Of a stretch of DNA of 64,000 nucleotides, positions 46,460-58,086 are shown one piece after another; positions within the stretch are counted from its first letter, which is position 1, and each line of letters starts with the position of its first letter. The notes beneath the pieces were generated by a model. That model was not told where the DNA came from and made no database searches. It saw only the letters and a list, made by a program, of their open reading frames with translations. The DNA is from Pontiella sp. (GTDB lineage: Bacteria; Verrucomicrobiota; Kiritimatiellia; Kiritimatiellales; Pontiellaceae): the NCBI GenBank assembly GCA_050290185.1, contig JBNKHE010000003.1, forward strand, positions 192,001 to 256,000, written 5' to 3'. Made by a program: the position numbers and the translations under genes.

Positions 46460-47947
46460 ATGAAAAAAATAGATCATATGCTCGAGGAAATGCTTAAGGA
46501 AGGCGCAAGCGACATTCACCTTTCCACCAACCATCAGCCCTGCTTCCGTATTGATGGTGAAATGCATTTTCAGCGGGGGACCGAAAAATTCACTGAAGAA
46601 GAGCTTCGCGAACTGCTTTATGAATTTACCCCTGACCGGAATATCGAGGAGCTGGAGCAAACCTGGGATACCGACTTTGCCTACGATCTGCCCGGGGCGG
46701 CCCGCTTTCGTGTAAACATTTTTTTGGACCACGAAGGTGTCGGTTGCGTCATGCGACAGATTCCTTCCCGCATTCCAACCTTTGAAGAGCTCAACATTCC
46801 GGAGGGAATTCGTGCGTTCTGCTTTATGAACAAGGGGTTGGTGATTGTTACCGGACCTACGGGAAGTGGTAAATCCACCACTCTCGCGGCCATGGTTGAC
46901 CTGATCAACCGTACGCGCCGGCAGCATTTGATCACGATTGAGGATCCGATCGAATTCAAGCACCGTTCGATGGGATGTCTGGTGAATCAACGCGAGGTGC
47001 ATGTGCATACCAAGAGCTTTGCCAGCGCCCTGCGTGCTGCTTTGCGTGAAGATCCTGATATTGTTCTCGTCGGTGAAATGCGCGACCTGGAAACCATGGA
47101 AATTGCCATTGAAACCGCGGAAACCGGCCACTTGGTTTTTGGAACGTTGCATACCAACACCGCTGCGACCACGGTTGATCGTATCATCGATAAGTTTCCT
47201 GCGGATCGGCAAAACCAGATCCGCACGATGCTTGCAGACGCGCTCAAGGGAGTGATTGCTCAAACGCTCTGCAGGCGGATTGGTGGAGGTCGAATCGCCG
47301 CTGCTGAAATTCTGGTGGTCACGCCTGCTGTGGCAGCCAATATCCGTGAAGGCAAGACGCACCAAATTCCTTCCCTTATGCAAACCGGCCGGAATGTCGG
47401 CATGTGTACGTTTGCCGATGATCTGCTTGGTCTGGTTAAACGCGGCATCATTACGCCCGAGGAAGCATACGCCAATGCGATCGATAAACCTTTCCTTAAG
47501 AAGAAATTTGAAGAGGAAAACATTGCGGTTGATCTCGAGCATTCCGCATTGGACGATGTCGAATTCAACATGGAGGCGCTGGAAGATGCCTCCAAGAGCG
47601 AGCGTGCCCGCAAGAAGTTGCACGTCAATCCGCGTGATACCGCCGCGTTGCGCGAGTTGATTCTGATTCTTGCCACCGATGAAAATCCGGATGAACGAAA
47701 TGGCCATGAGGCGCTCGAATATGCCCAGAAGCTTCTTGATGTTACCGGGCAGAACGATGCGTTGACTCTGGTACTCATCAGTGCCGCATATGCAGAGCTT
47801 CAGCACTTTACTGAAGCGACCGAGTGGGCGAAGAAAGCCCTCAAAGTGGCCAAAGCCAACAAACAAAAAGATCTGTCTACACGAATCCAGCGCTACATTA
47901 ACCTGTATAAGCGCAGTATTCCACTCCGTGGCGAAAACGAAGCATAA
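46460..47947 (+). CDS. pilT: Type IV pilus retraction ATPase PilT/PilU with C-terminal TPR-like extension
   Basis: GPTGSGKSTT, TIEDPIE, ALREDPD, GHLVFGTLHT; ~130 aa extra helical tail. Confidence 0.88.
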   Translation: MKKIDHMLEEMLKEGASDIHLSTNHQPCFRIDGEMHFQRGTEKFTEEELRELLYEFTPDRNIEELEQTWDTDFAYDLPGAARFRVNIFLDHEGVGCVMRQIPSRIPTFEELNIPEGIRAFCFMNKGLVIVTGPTGSGKSTTLAAMVDLINRTRRQHLITIEDPIEFKHRSMGCLVNQREVHVHTKSFASALRAALREDPDIVLVGEMRDLETMEIAIETAETGHLVFGTLHTNTAATTVDRIIDKFPADRQNQIRTMLADALKGVIAQTLCRRIGGGRIAAAEILVVTPAVAANIREGKTHQIPSLMQTGRNVGMCTFADDLLGLVKRGIITPEEAYANAIDKPFLKKKFEEENIAVDLEHSALDDVEFNMEALEDASKSERARKKLHVNPRDTAALRELILILATDENPDERNGHEALEYAQKLLDVTGQNDALTLVLISAAYAELQHFTEATEWAKKALKVAKANKQKDLSTRIQRYINLYKRSIPLRGENEA

Positions 47948-48119
47948 GCAACGTCGATGATTCGCTGAGAGCTTGCTCTTGGTTTTCGCAGTACCGGTCT
48001 TGTTCCTTATCGTGCGCATCTGCAATCAGCAGGTGCTGTTATTATATATGGATAAAAAATAATTTACCTAAAAGGTGATCGGTATTATTATGTATTTTTG
48101 GGTTTAAACACGGAGGTAC

Positions 48120-50090
<1,971 letters not shown>

Positions 50091-50165
50091 AAGCAGGAAT
50101 AGTTAGGGTTGCAAAGCAATTCCAACCGTGTAGCATGCTCCTTCTTAATTTTGTGAAGGAGCATT

Positions 50166-50387
50166 ATGGCTAAAGAAGACGTAATCGAGGCGGAAGGTGT
50201 AGTCAAAAAAGTACTGCCGGCCACCATGTACCGGGTTGAACTGGAAAATGGGCATGAGATCCTTGCGCATATTTCCGGTAAGATGCGTAAGCACTTCATC
50301 CGTATCGCCGTGGGCGATCGCGTGACCGTTGAAATTTCACCATACGACCTGGAAAAAGGACGTATCACTTTCCGTCACCGCAACTAA
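50166..50387 (+). CDS. infA: Translation initiation factor IF-1
   Basis: MAKEDVIE...AHISGKMR...GDRV.VE.SPYD. Confidence 0.97.
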   Translation: MAKEDVIEAEGVVKKVLPATMYRVELENGHEILAHISGKMRKHFIRIAVGDRVTVEISPYDLEKGRITFRHRN

Positions 50388-50399
50388 CAATAAATTAGA

Positions 50400-51941
50400 A
50401 TGTCTAAGCGGAGTGTATGGGGTAGCAAGGTGGGATTCCTGCTGGCCGCCATCGGGTCGGCGGTCGGACTGGGGAACATTTGGCGCTTCGGCTACATGGC
50501 CTATGAAAACGGCGGTGGAGCGTTTCTGGTTCCTTACACGGTTGCTCTCATTGTGGCCGGGATCCCGCTCATGATTCTTGAGTATGCGCTCGGCCATCGC
50601 GAAAAATCTTCTCCACCGCTGGCATTTGCCCGGATTAATCCGCTGTGGGAACCGTTGGGCTGGTGGATGCCGGTTGTGGCGTTTTTTGGAATAAACCTGT
50701 TCTATGCCGCTGTAATCGGCTGGTGCATGAATTATTTCTGTTTCTCGCTCAACCTTTCCTGGGGGGGCGATACCGGGGCGTTCTTCATGGACCAGTTCCT
50801 GGAGGCCAGTTCAGGTCCCTTTGACTTGGGGGGGATTCGCTGGTCGATTCTGGGCACCACGGTGCTTACCTGGTTCATCGTGTGGTTTATCTGTTTCCGG
50901 GAAGTCAGTCACGGTATCGAGAAGGCCAGCATGATTTTCATGCCGCTGTTGTTTGTTCTCACGCTGGTGCTGGTGGGATGGTCCCTGCAGCTTCCCGGCG
51001 CCTTAAGCGCGATCAAGGAAAACTATCTCCATTGCGATTTCTCCAAGATCAGTCTCGCCACGGATTCAGGTCGTGCGGTGTGGGTGGCGGCATTCGGGCA
51101 GATATTTTTTACGCTCTCTCTGGGTTTCGGGATCATGATTACCTATGCCAGCTACCTGCCTAAGAAGACCGATATTGTAGGGAATGCGCTTACGACATGC
51201 GTTCTCAACTGCCTCTATTCGTTCATTACCGGTTTTGCCGTTTTTGGTACGATCGGCTATATGGCGCAGGCCAAGGGAGTTGATTTTGCCGATGCGATTA
51301 CCGGCGGACCGGGACTGGCTTTTGTCGTGTATCCGGAAGCCATCAATCAGCTTCCGGCCGGGAATCGAATTTTCGGAACCCTGTTCTTTCTTGTGCTGAT
51401 TGTGGCAGGACTCTCTTCGGCGATTTCCCTTACCGAGGCGTTTTCCTGTTCGGTTTGCGATAAATTTAAGATCAGGCGGAAAACAGCCACGTCCATTATT
51501 TGCGCAATCGGATTACTCGGCAGTGTGGTCTTCTGCACTCGTGCCGGTTTATTCATTCTCGATATTGTTGACCACTTCATTAACAACTACGCGCTGATCA
51601 TCGGGGGCATCCTGGAATGTATTCTAGTGGGATGGATCCTTAAAGCCGGAGTGATGCGAAAGCACGTCAACAGTGTTTCCAGTGTACGGCTGTGGCCGGT
51701 TTGGGACATCGTCATACGTTTTGTTACGCCGGTGATTCTGCTGATCATGGTAGGCGGAGCGCTGAAGAATGAATTCCGCGAAGCCTACGAGAACTATCCG
51801 GTAGTTGCATTGCTGTGCATTGGGGGCGGTATCCTGTTCTCCACCCGCTTGATCTCATTCATCCTCAGTCACTTCAGATGGGATCCGGTACAGTTGAAGG
51901 AGCGCCACCACGAACCGGAAGAAGATGATCTGCTCGTCTAG
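50400..51941 (+). CDS. Sodium-dependent transporter (NSS/SNF family)
   Basis: GSAVGLGNIWRF, GGGAFLVPY, QIFFTLSLGFG. Confidence 0.93.
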   Translation: MSKRSVWGSKVGFLLAAIGSAVGLGNIWRFGYMAYENGGGAFLVPYTVALIVAGIPLMILEYALGHREKSSPPLAFARINPLWEPLGWWMPVVAFFGINLFYAAVIGWCMNYFCFSLNLSWGGDTGAFFMDQFLEASSGPFDLGGIRWSILGTTVLTWFIVWFICFREVSHGIEKASMIFMPLLFVLTLVLVGWSLQLPGALSAIKENYLHCDFSKISLATDSGRAVWVAAFGQIFFTLSLGFGIMITYASYLPKKTDIVGNALTTCVLNCLYSFITGFAVFGTIGYMAQAKGVDFADAITGGPGLAFVVYPEAINQLPAGNRIFGTLFFLVLIVAGLSSAISLTEAFSCSVCDKFKIRRKTATSIICAIGLLGSVVFCTRAGLFILDIVDHFINNYALIIGGILECILVGWILKAGVMRKHVNSVSSVRLWPVWDIVIRFVTPVILLIMVGGALKNEFREAYENYPVVALLCIGGGILFSTRLISFILSHFRWDPVQLKERHHEPEEDDLLV

Positions 51942-52984
51942 ACGAGCGGGGGTTCTTCGCTGTCCGAAGTGCCGCTAACGGGATCGAACGCATCCTGGAA
52001 GCTTTCAATGTTTTCGGCAGCCTCGGTCGTTTGCGTAAACTTGGCGATATGAAAAACGGCCTCGCCTTCGTGTACCAGCGGAAGCCGGGTCCGGCCGATC
52101 ACAATACCCGAGACCGGACTGTCGAGACCTTCTTCATGTTCTCCGAACGGATCGCTGATGTAGGCCAGCTTTTGGCCCGCTGAAACTTTTGCTCCCAGCG
52201 TGACCAGAGAGCGGGTCACGCCGCTTTGCGGCGCCCGAACCCACTGGGTGCTTTTAGCAACAATAGGATGATGTCCCTTGCTGGAAATTCGCTTTCGGAT
52301 CATGCCGAGGTGGGACATCACATTGAGGGTTCCCGACACGCCGGCGCGGATCGAAACTTCGTCGAAGCGCAGGGCTTCGCCGGCTTCGTAGACCAGGCTG
52401 GGGATGCCGCAATGGTGCGCTGCTTCGCGCAGCGTTCCAGGGCGAAGTCCGAGATCGAGCACCACTGGCGTATTGAAGGCATGGGCCATTTCCGCCAGTT
52501 CTGTGTTGCCATTGAAGCATCCGCGGATCTGGGGCAGGTTCTCTCTGCCAATGGCACCCGTGTGCAAGTCGACTAGATGGGTGCATGCCGGCAGTATTTC
52601 GGTCACCAGAAGATTCGCCAGCCGGGCTGCCATAGAACCTTTGGGGGAGCCTGGAAATGAGCGGTTAAGGTCGCGGCGGTCCGGGAGGTAGCGTGATTGC
52701 CCGACAAAACCGAATACATTGACCACAGGAATTAGAATCAAGGTTCCCTTAATGCGGTTTAGTGACTTGTTGCCCAGCAGCCGGCGGATGATTTCAACGC
52801 CGTTGAGTTCGTCGCCATGAATCGCGGATGTCACCAGCAGGCTTGGGCCGGGATGCCGCCCGCGTACCACATGGATCGGCATGGTGGTTGGGGAATGGGT
52901 ATAAAAATAGGGCAGGGGGAGGTGGATGGTTCCGCGCGTTCCCGCTGCAACGGGCTGACTGCCGATGGATAATGGTGTTTGCAT
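51938..52984 (-). CDS. Succinylglutamate desuccinylase/aspartoacylase-family protein (RimK-associated)
   Basis: AIHGDELNG, DLNRSFPG, DLHTG, YEAGE. Confidence 0.9.
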   Translation of the reverse strand: MQTPLSIGSQPVAAGTRGTIHLPLPYFYTHSPTTMPIHVVRGRHPGPSLLVTSAIHGDELNGVEIIRRLLGNKSLNRIKGTLILIPVVNVFGFVGQSRYLPDRRDLNRSFPGSPKGSMAARLANLLVTEILPACTHLVDLHTGAIGRENLPQIRGCFNGNTELAEMAHAFNTPVVLDLGLRPGTLREAAHHCGIPSLVYEAGEALRFDEVSIRAGVSGTLNVMSHLGMIRKRISSKGHHPIVAKSTQWVRAPQSGVTRSLVTLGAKVSAGQKLAYISDPFGEHEEGLDSPVSGIVIGRTRLPLVHEGEAVFHIAKFTQTTEAAENIESFQDAFDPVSGTSDSEEPPLV

Positions 52985-53458
52985 AGCGTCGTTTTATGTT
53001 TTTTAGACCTTGTGGATAAAATTTGATTCGGTTGCAACCATGTTTTCTTCAAATCTTAGCGATGGTTAGCCAGTACTTTCATGCTGTCCTTCAGATCTGA
53101 GTGAACGAAAATGCGTCATCCTTCAATTGCGTGCATCCATCCTCCTCTGTTGTTGTTTTTATCGTTCAAATCCATCGAGATGTACAAGCTTTATGAGCGC
53201 AGTGCTATTTCGGTTTGGATTCTTTCTTGTTTCGTGAATTGTGATTACATTTTCATTCCATGGAATGCCTTCTTCCTTTTTGGTACGGAGAGGATGGCAG
53301 TTTTCTCTTTTGCATGGGATCCAGCAATGGAGTTAATTCAGCTTAATCAAGGGGATATAATGCATATTTGAAATATTTCGGTTGTGTTTTCACAATAACA
53401 TGTTTTTATTTCCGTTAGTGGTCGGAAAAGATTTCTGTAGAAGCATAAAGGAGAAGAT

Positions 53459-54679
53459 GTGAGGACCAAACGGACAAAGACCTTGGGAGCGGCTTTGGCC
53501 GCGCTGGCCTGTTTTGCCGCATCACCGAGTCTCGCCGGCTCGCGCGGCGACTTCAAGTATGCAAGCAATGGCTCGGCCGTCATCATCACCAAATACACCG
53601 GTGGCGGCGGCGATGTAACTATTCCCGGAACAATTAAGGGCCTTCCTGTCAATGTTATTGGCAGGAGGGCGTTTGCCGAATGTCCCGGCCTGACGAGCGT
53701 GACTATTCCCGACAGCGTCACTTCCATTGATGGTTATGCGTTCTTCTGTTGTTCCAGCCTGACTAGCGTGAGGATCGGTAGCGGAGTGATTTCCATTGGC
53801 GATGACGCGTTTTACAGTACCGGCCTGACGAGCTTGTATATCCCCGACAGCGTTGCCTCCATTGGCAAGGAGGCGTTTGAGAATTGTTCCATGACGAGTG
53901 TGCGGCTCCCTGCCAGTGTCACCTCCATTGGCGATATGGCGTTTGGCCGCTGTTCCCGCCTAACCAGCATAACTGTGGATGTAAACAATACCAACTTCAT
54001 CTGCTCAGGAGATGTGTTGTTTGATAAATCCATGGCTACGCTTCTCTGTTTCCCAGCAGGTTTGGATGGTAATTATGCTGTTCCCGATAGCGTCACTTCC
54101 ATTGGCGATCATGCGTTCTACTGCTCCGGACTGACGAGTGTGACTATGCCCGATAGCGTCGTCTCCATTGGTAAGGGTGCGTTTTGGAATTGTTCCCTGA
54201 CGAGCGTGACTATTCCCGACAGCGTCACTTCCATTGGCGATCAGGCATTTTGTCTTTGTCGTAACCTGACGAGTATAACTGTCGATGCAGACAATACCCA
54301 CTACTGCACCTGCGCAAAAGGCGTGCTGTTTGATAAATCCATGTCTACGCTTCTTTGTTCACCCACAAGCTTGGAAGGCAATTATGCTATACCCGACAGC
54401 GTCACCTCCATTGGCGGGCGTGCATTTTCCCGTTGTTCCGCCTTGAGGAACGTGACGATACCCGCCGGCGTCTCCTCTATCGGTGATTTTGCGTTTACCT
54501 GTTGTAGCGACCTGAAGCGGGTTTGTTTTCTGGGAAACATGCCTACGTTGGGTACGGGCATTTTCAATTCTGCCGACGATGTAAAAGTCTATTATAGGCG
54601 GGGTGCAAAAGGCTGGGGCAAAAAGTGTGGTGGACGTGAGGCGGTTGCTGCTAGCTCATCTAAACTTTGGAAGGATTGA
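53459..54679 (+). CDS. BspA-type leucine-rich-repeat surface protein
   Basis: Signal peptide; repeated LTSVTIPDSVTSIGxxAF units. Confidence 0.9.
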   Translation: MRTKRTKTLGAALAALACFAASPSLAGSRGDFKYASNGSAVIITKYTGGGGDVTIPGTIKGLPVNVIGRRAFAECPGLTSVTIPDSVTSIDGYAFFCCSSLTSVRIGSGVISIGDDAFYSTGLTSLYIPDSVASIGKEAFENCSMTSVRLPASVTSIGDMAFGRCSRLTSITVDVNNTNFICSGDVLFDKSMATLLCFPAGLDGNYAVPDSVTSIGDHAFYCSGLTSVTMPDSVVSIGKGAFWNCSLTSVTIPDSVTSIGDQAFCLCRNLTSITVDADNTHYCTCAKGVLFDKSMSTLLCSPTSLEGNYAIPDSVTSIGGRAFSRCSALRNVTIPAGVSSIGDFAFTCCSDLKRVCFLGNMPTLGTGIFNSADDVKVYYRRGAKGWGKKCGGREAVAASSSKLWKD

Positions 54680-54709
54680 TATGGCCGCCAATGGTCAGGG
54701 CCGACTGCA

Positions 54710-55615
54710 TCACCCCTGACCCTTCGTTTTGGTTTTTCCGGCTTTTGCGTTTTTCTCGATGTAATCGATGATCTGGTCTGCAATATCCTTACCCGTCGCC
54801 TTTTCAATGCCCTCCAGTCCGGGGCTGGAATTGACCTCCATGATTACGGGTCCATGGTTGGAACGCAACAGATCAACCCCTGCCACGTTAAGTCCCATGA
54901 TCCTGGCTGCGCGTACGGCGGTTGAACGCTCCTCCGGGGTGATGCGGATGAGGGAGGAGGAGCCGCCCCGGTGCAGATTGGATCGAAATTCTCCTGGAGC
55001 TGCTGTGCGTTGCATCGCTGCGACGACCTTGCCGCCAATCACGAAGCAGCGGATATCGGCCCCCTTGGATTCCTTGATGTATTCCTGCACCAGGATGTTG
55101 GCCTTCACGCCCATGAAGCCCTCAATTACGCTTTCGGCGGCTTTCTGGGTTTCGGCCAAAACCACGCCGATGCCCTGCGTGCCTTCCAGCAGTTTTACGA
55201 CCAGTGGAGCACCGCCGACCATCTTGATCACGTCCTTGATGTCGTCCGGCTTGCTGGCGAATCCGGTTACAGGCAGGCCGATCCCTTTGCGCGAGAGCAA
55301 CTGAAGGGAGCGCAGCTTATCGCGCGAACGCGTGATCGCTACGGATTCGTTCAGCGGGTAGACACCCATCATTTCAAACTGGCGCAATACGGCCGCGCCG
55401 TAGAAGGTAACCGATGCACCGATACGCGGAATAACGGCGTCGAAACCCGTAAGAGCTTCTCCTTTATAGTGGATCGTGGGATGGTGGGAGGCAATGTTCA
55501 TGTAGGCACGCAGCACGTCGATCGTCTGTATTTCATGCCCGCGCGCCTCCGCCGCTTCGCGGATGCGTCGGGTCGAATAGAGTTTCGTGTTTCTTGATAG
55601 CAAAGCGATTTTCAT
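54710..55615 (-). CDS. rimK: RimK alpha-L-glutamate ligase
   Basis: [49 protein letters not shown]. Confidence 0.95.
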   Translation of the reverse strand: MKIALLSRNTKLYSTRRIREAAEARGHEIQTIDVLRAYMNIASHHPTIHYKGEALTGFDAVIPRIGASVTFYGAAVLRQFEMMGVYPLNESVAITRSRDKLRSLQLLSRKGIGLPVTGFASKPDDIKDVIKMVGGAPLVVKLLEGTQGIGVVLAETQKAAESVIEGFMGVKANILVQEYIKESKGADIRCFVIGGKVVAAMQRTAAPGEFRSNLHRGGSSSLIRITPEERSTAVRAARIMGLNVAGVDLLRSNHGPVIMEVNSSPGLEGIEKATGKDIADQIIDYIEKNAKAGKTKTKGQG

Positions 55616-55635
55616 CAACAGGTTTCTCCAATAAA

Positions 55636-56094
55636 TCAGATTAGGCCGTAAAGCCTCTTCGCCTTCAGCCGGCCATTGAGATAGGAAGCGGCCGGATCCA
55701 CCACGACATGTTCCTGCATCGCCCTGCGGCCCAGTAGCATGCGGAATCGCATCGTGTCCCGGTTGGTCAGCGACATATCGATCGGCCAGCCCTTATCGCC
55801 AATTCGAACCTGCGTTTCAATGATATAGCGCATTTCTTTATGCCCCCCGGAATCGCTCACCATCCGTTCATCCTTGATCGGCGCAACGCACTCGCATACC
55901 AGATCCCCGTTGCGTTGCAGTGGGTGTAGCCAGAATCGCACATATCCGACGCCGTTTTCGGTGAATGGTTCCACCTTGAATGCGTGAAGGGAGGAGGTCT
56001 TTGCCCCGGTATCGACCTTGACCTTGATGGCCGGAAGGCCCAGATCCGGGAGCGCGCACCATTCCCGCCATCCGAGTTTGAGTGGTTCTTCCAT
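55636..56094 (-). CDS. RimK-associated retropepsin-like protease (RimB / ATP-dependent zinc protease family)
   Basis: [27 protein letters not shown]. Confidence 0.9.
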   Translation of the reverse strand: MEEPLKLGWREWCALPDLGLPAIKVKVDTGAKTSSLHAFKVEPFTENGVGYVRFWLHPLQRNGDLVCECVAPIKDERMVSDSGGHKEMRYIIETQVRIGDKGWPIDMSLTNRDTMRFRMLLGRRAMQEHVVVDPAASYLNGRLKAKRLYGLI

Positions 56095-56101
56095 GGGGAG
56101 C

Positions 56102-56713
56102 CTATTTCAGTGTAATGCGCCGGCCTTCAAAGTTGATCTGTCCCTCGGCGATCCATTGGAGCGATTCGGGATAGGCGATGTGTTCCTGTGCATGGATCTT
56201 GGTCATCAGCGAATCAAGCGTATCTGAATCCTCGATGGCCACGCATTTCTGGTTGATGATGGCACCGGTATCGACGCCGGCATCCACGAAATGAACGGTG
56301 CAACCGGTAAACTTTACGCCGTATTCGAATGCCTGCTTGCCGCCATCCAGCCCCGGAAAGCTCGGCAGCAGCGACGGGTGGATGTTGATGATCCGGCCGG
56401 CATAGGCATTGAGCAGGCCGTCCTTTACGATCCGCATGAAACCCGCCAGCGCGATGAAGTCGACGCCGTGTTCTTCCAGGATTTGCAGGACCTTTTGTTC
56501 CCCTTCGCCGTCGAGTTTGGTTTTGAAGGGCGCACAATCGAACCAGATGGCCGGAATGTTGTGTTTGCGGGCGCGTTCCAGAATGTAGGCGTCCTGCACG
56601 TCCGAAAGCACGCACTTGATCTCCGCGTTCAACGTGCCCGCTTCAATGGCATCGATGATCGCCTGGCAGTTTGTTCCCGACCCCGATCCAAATATCGCCA
56701 ACTTCAACATCAT
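56102..56713 (-). CDS. purN: Phosphoribosylglycinamide formyltransferase
   Basis: [33 protein letters not shown]. Confidence 0.95.
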   Translation of the reverse strand: MMLKLAIFGSGSGTNCQAIIDAIEAGTLNAEIKCVLSDVQDAYILERARKHNIPAIWFDCAPFKTKLDGEGEQKVLQILEEHGVDFIALAGFMRIVKDGLLNAYAGRIINIHPSLLPSFPGLDGGKQAFEYGVKFTGCTVHFVDAGVDTGAIINQKCVAIEDSDTLDSLMTKIHAQEHIAYPESLQWIAEGQINFEGRRITLK

Positions 56714-56789
56714 CCACTCCTTGTTGTTAAGAGGCTCTGAAGCTACTATGATTACTTGTTTTAAAACAACCCAAGACAGGAACTATACG

Positions 56790-57227
56790 ATGAATCTTAA
56801 AATCAAACCCTTGAACGAAACCGCCCGTGACACCTATTCCGACCACGGACATTTTCACGAAGGCGATGCCGGCCTCGATCTCTACGTGCTTGAAGATACC
56901 GTTATCCGCCCTGGAGAGACCAAGCCCATCCATTTGGGCATTGCCTGCGAACCGGAAGATGGTCGCGCCTATTTCCTGATGCCGCGCTCCAGTATCTCCA
57001 AGACCCCGTTGCGCATGGCTAATTCCATCGGACTTATCGACGGTGGCTATCGCGGCGAGCTGATCGCCATGTGCGACAATATCAAGGATTTTGCCTACAC
57101 CGCCGAAAAGGGCCAGCGCCTCTTCCAGGTCGTCGCCTGCGACTGCAGCCCGATCTACTATGAAATGGTCGAGGAACTCTCCGAAACCACCCGTGGGAGT
57201 GGCGGATTCGGGTCTACCGGGAAATAA
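56790..57227 (+). CDS. dut: Trimeric dUTP diphosphatase
   Basis: GDAGLDL, PRSS, GLIDGGYRGE, RGSGGFGSTG. Confidence 0.95.
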   Translation: MNLKIKPLNETARDTYSDHGHFHEGDAGLDLYVLEDTVIRPGETKPIHLGIACEPEDGRAYFLMPRSSISKTPLRMANSIGLIDGGYRGELIAMCDNIKDFAYTAEKGQRLFQVVACDCSPIYYEMVEELSETTRGSGGFGSTGK

Positions 57228-57276
57228 CGTCGACTAAAGGCGTGACCTTTGTTTTAAATGGACGTACTTCTTAAGT

Positions 57277-58035
57277 ATGTCATTATTGGAAAAAGAAGTG
57301 ATTGCGGCCTATGAGGTCAAGCCGGCGCCGTTACGGGTCTGCGATATGCCGGCCCAGTTGCGTCCGCGCGAGGAGTTTGAACGCGTAGGTGCCGAGAATG
57401 TATCCGATGCGGTTCTGCTGGCGCTGATACTGCGCACGGGCTCAACCGGAATAAACGTGGTCGAGGTGTCCCAGCGGCTTCTTTCTTCTTTCGGTTCGCT
57501 GACCGCACTGGCCCGTGCATCCGCTAAGGAACTGCAAATGGTCGACAGCATCGGGCCTGTTAAGGCGCAGATGATCAAGGCCGCGATGGAGCTGGCCCAG
57601 CGGCTGACCCGTGAAAGCGTGGGTGAAAATCCAATGGTCACCACGCCGGAGCAGGCCGCCGCCGTTTTGCGTGAACGCGCCCGCATCCTGCAGCACGAGG
57701 TGTTTTGGGCGCTGATGCTCGATACTAAAAACCGGTTAATTGGTGAACCGCAACAGATCAGCGAAGGCACGCTCAACAGCAGTCTGGTGCATCCGCGCGA
57801 GTTGTTTAAACGGGCACTGCAGCATTCCTGCGCCGCCGTCATCCTCGCCCACAACCATCCTTCCGGAGACCCGGCACCATCCGCTGAGGACATCAAGGTC
57901 ACCAAGCAGCTCGTCGGCGCGGGGGAAGTCATGGGCATCAAGGTGCTCGATCACATTGTCATCGGTCACCGCCGCCACCACGCCCATACCGATTTTTTTA
58001 GTCTTCGCGAAGCCGGTTTGGTTAATTTTGGGTGA
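57277..58035 (+). CDS. radC: RadC/JAB-domain protein
   Basis: RPRE, VHPRELF, AHNHPSGD..PS.ED, LDHIVIG. Confidence 0.93.
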   Translation: MSLLEKEVIAAYEVKPAPLRVCDMPAQLRPREEFERVGAENVSDAVLLALILRTGSTGINVVEVSQRLLSSFGSLTALARASAKELQMVDSIGPVKAQMIKAAMELAQRLTRESVGENPMVTTPEQAAAVLRERARILQHEVFWALMLDTKNRLIGEPQQISEGTLNSSLVHPRELFKRALQHSCAAVILAHNHPSGDPAPSAEDIKVTKQLVGAGEVMGIKVLDHIVIGHRRHHAHTDFFSLREAGLVNFG

Positions 58036-58039
58036 TGGT

Positions 58040-58064
58040 GTAGGGCGGGATCCGCGACCCCGCC
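58040..58064 (+). repeat. REP-like (GTAG-type) palindrome
   Basis: GTAG-GGCGGG-N9-CCCGCC in the convergent gap after radC. Confidence 0.35.
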
Positions 58065-58086
58065 TCCGGGGGACGCGGCCAGCTTG

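Noticed and set aside
53690..54480. Near-identical DNA repeats considered as DGR template/variable repeats
   Set aside because: They are in-frame LRR coding repeats, differences are not confined to adenines, and no reverse transcriptase is present
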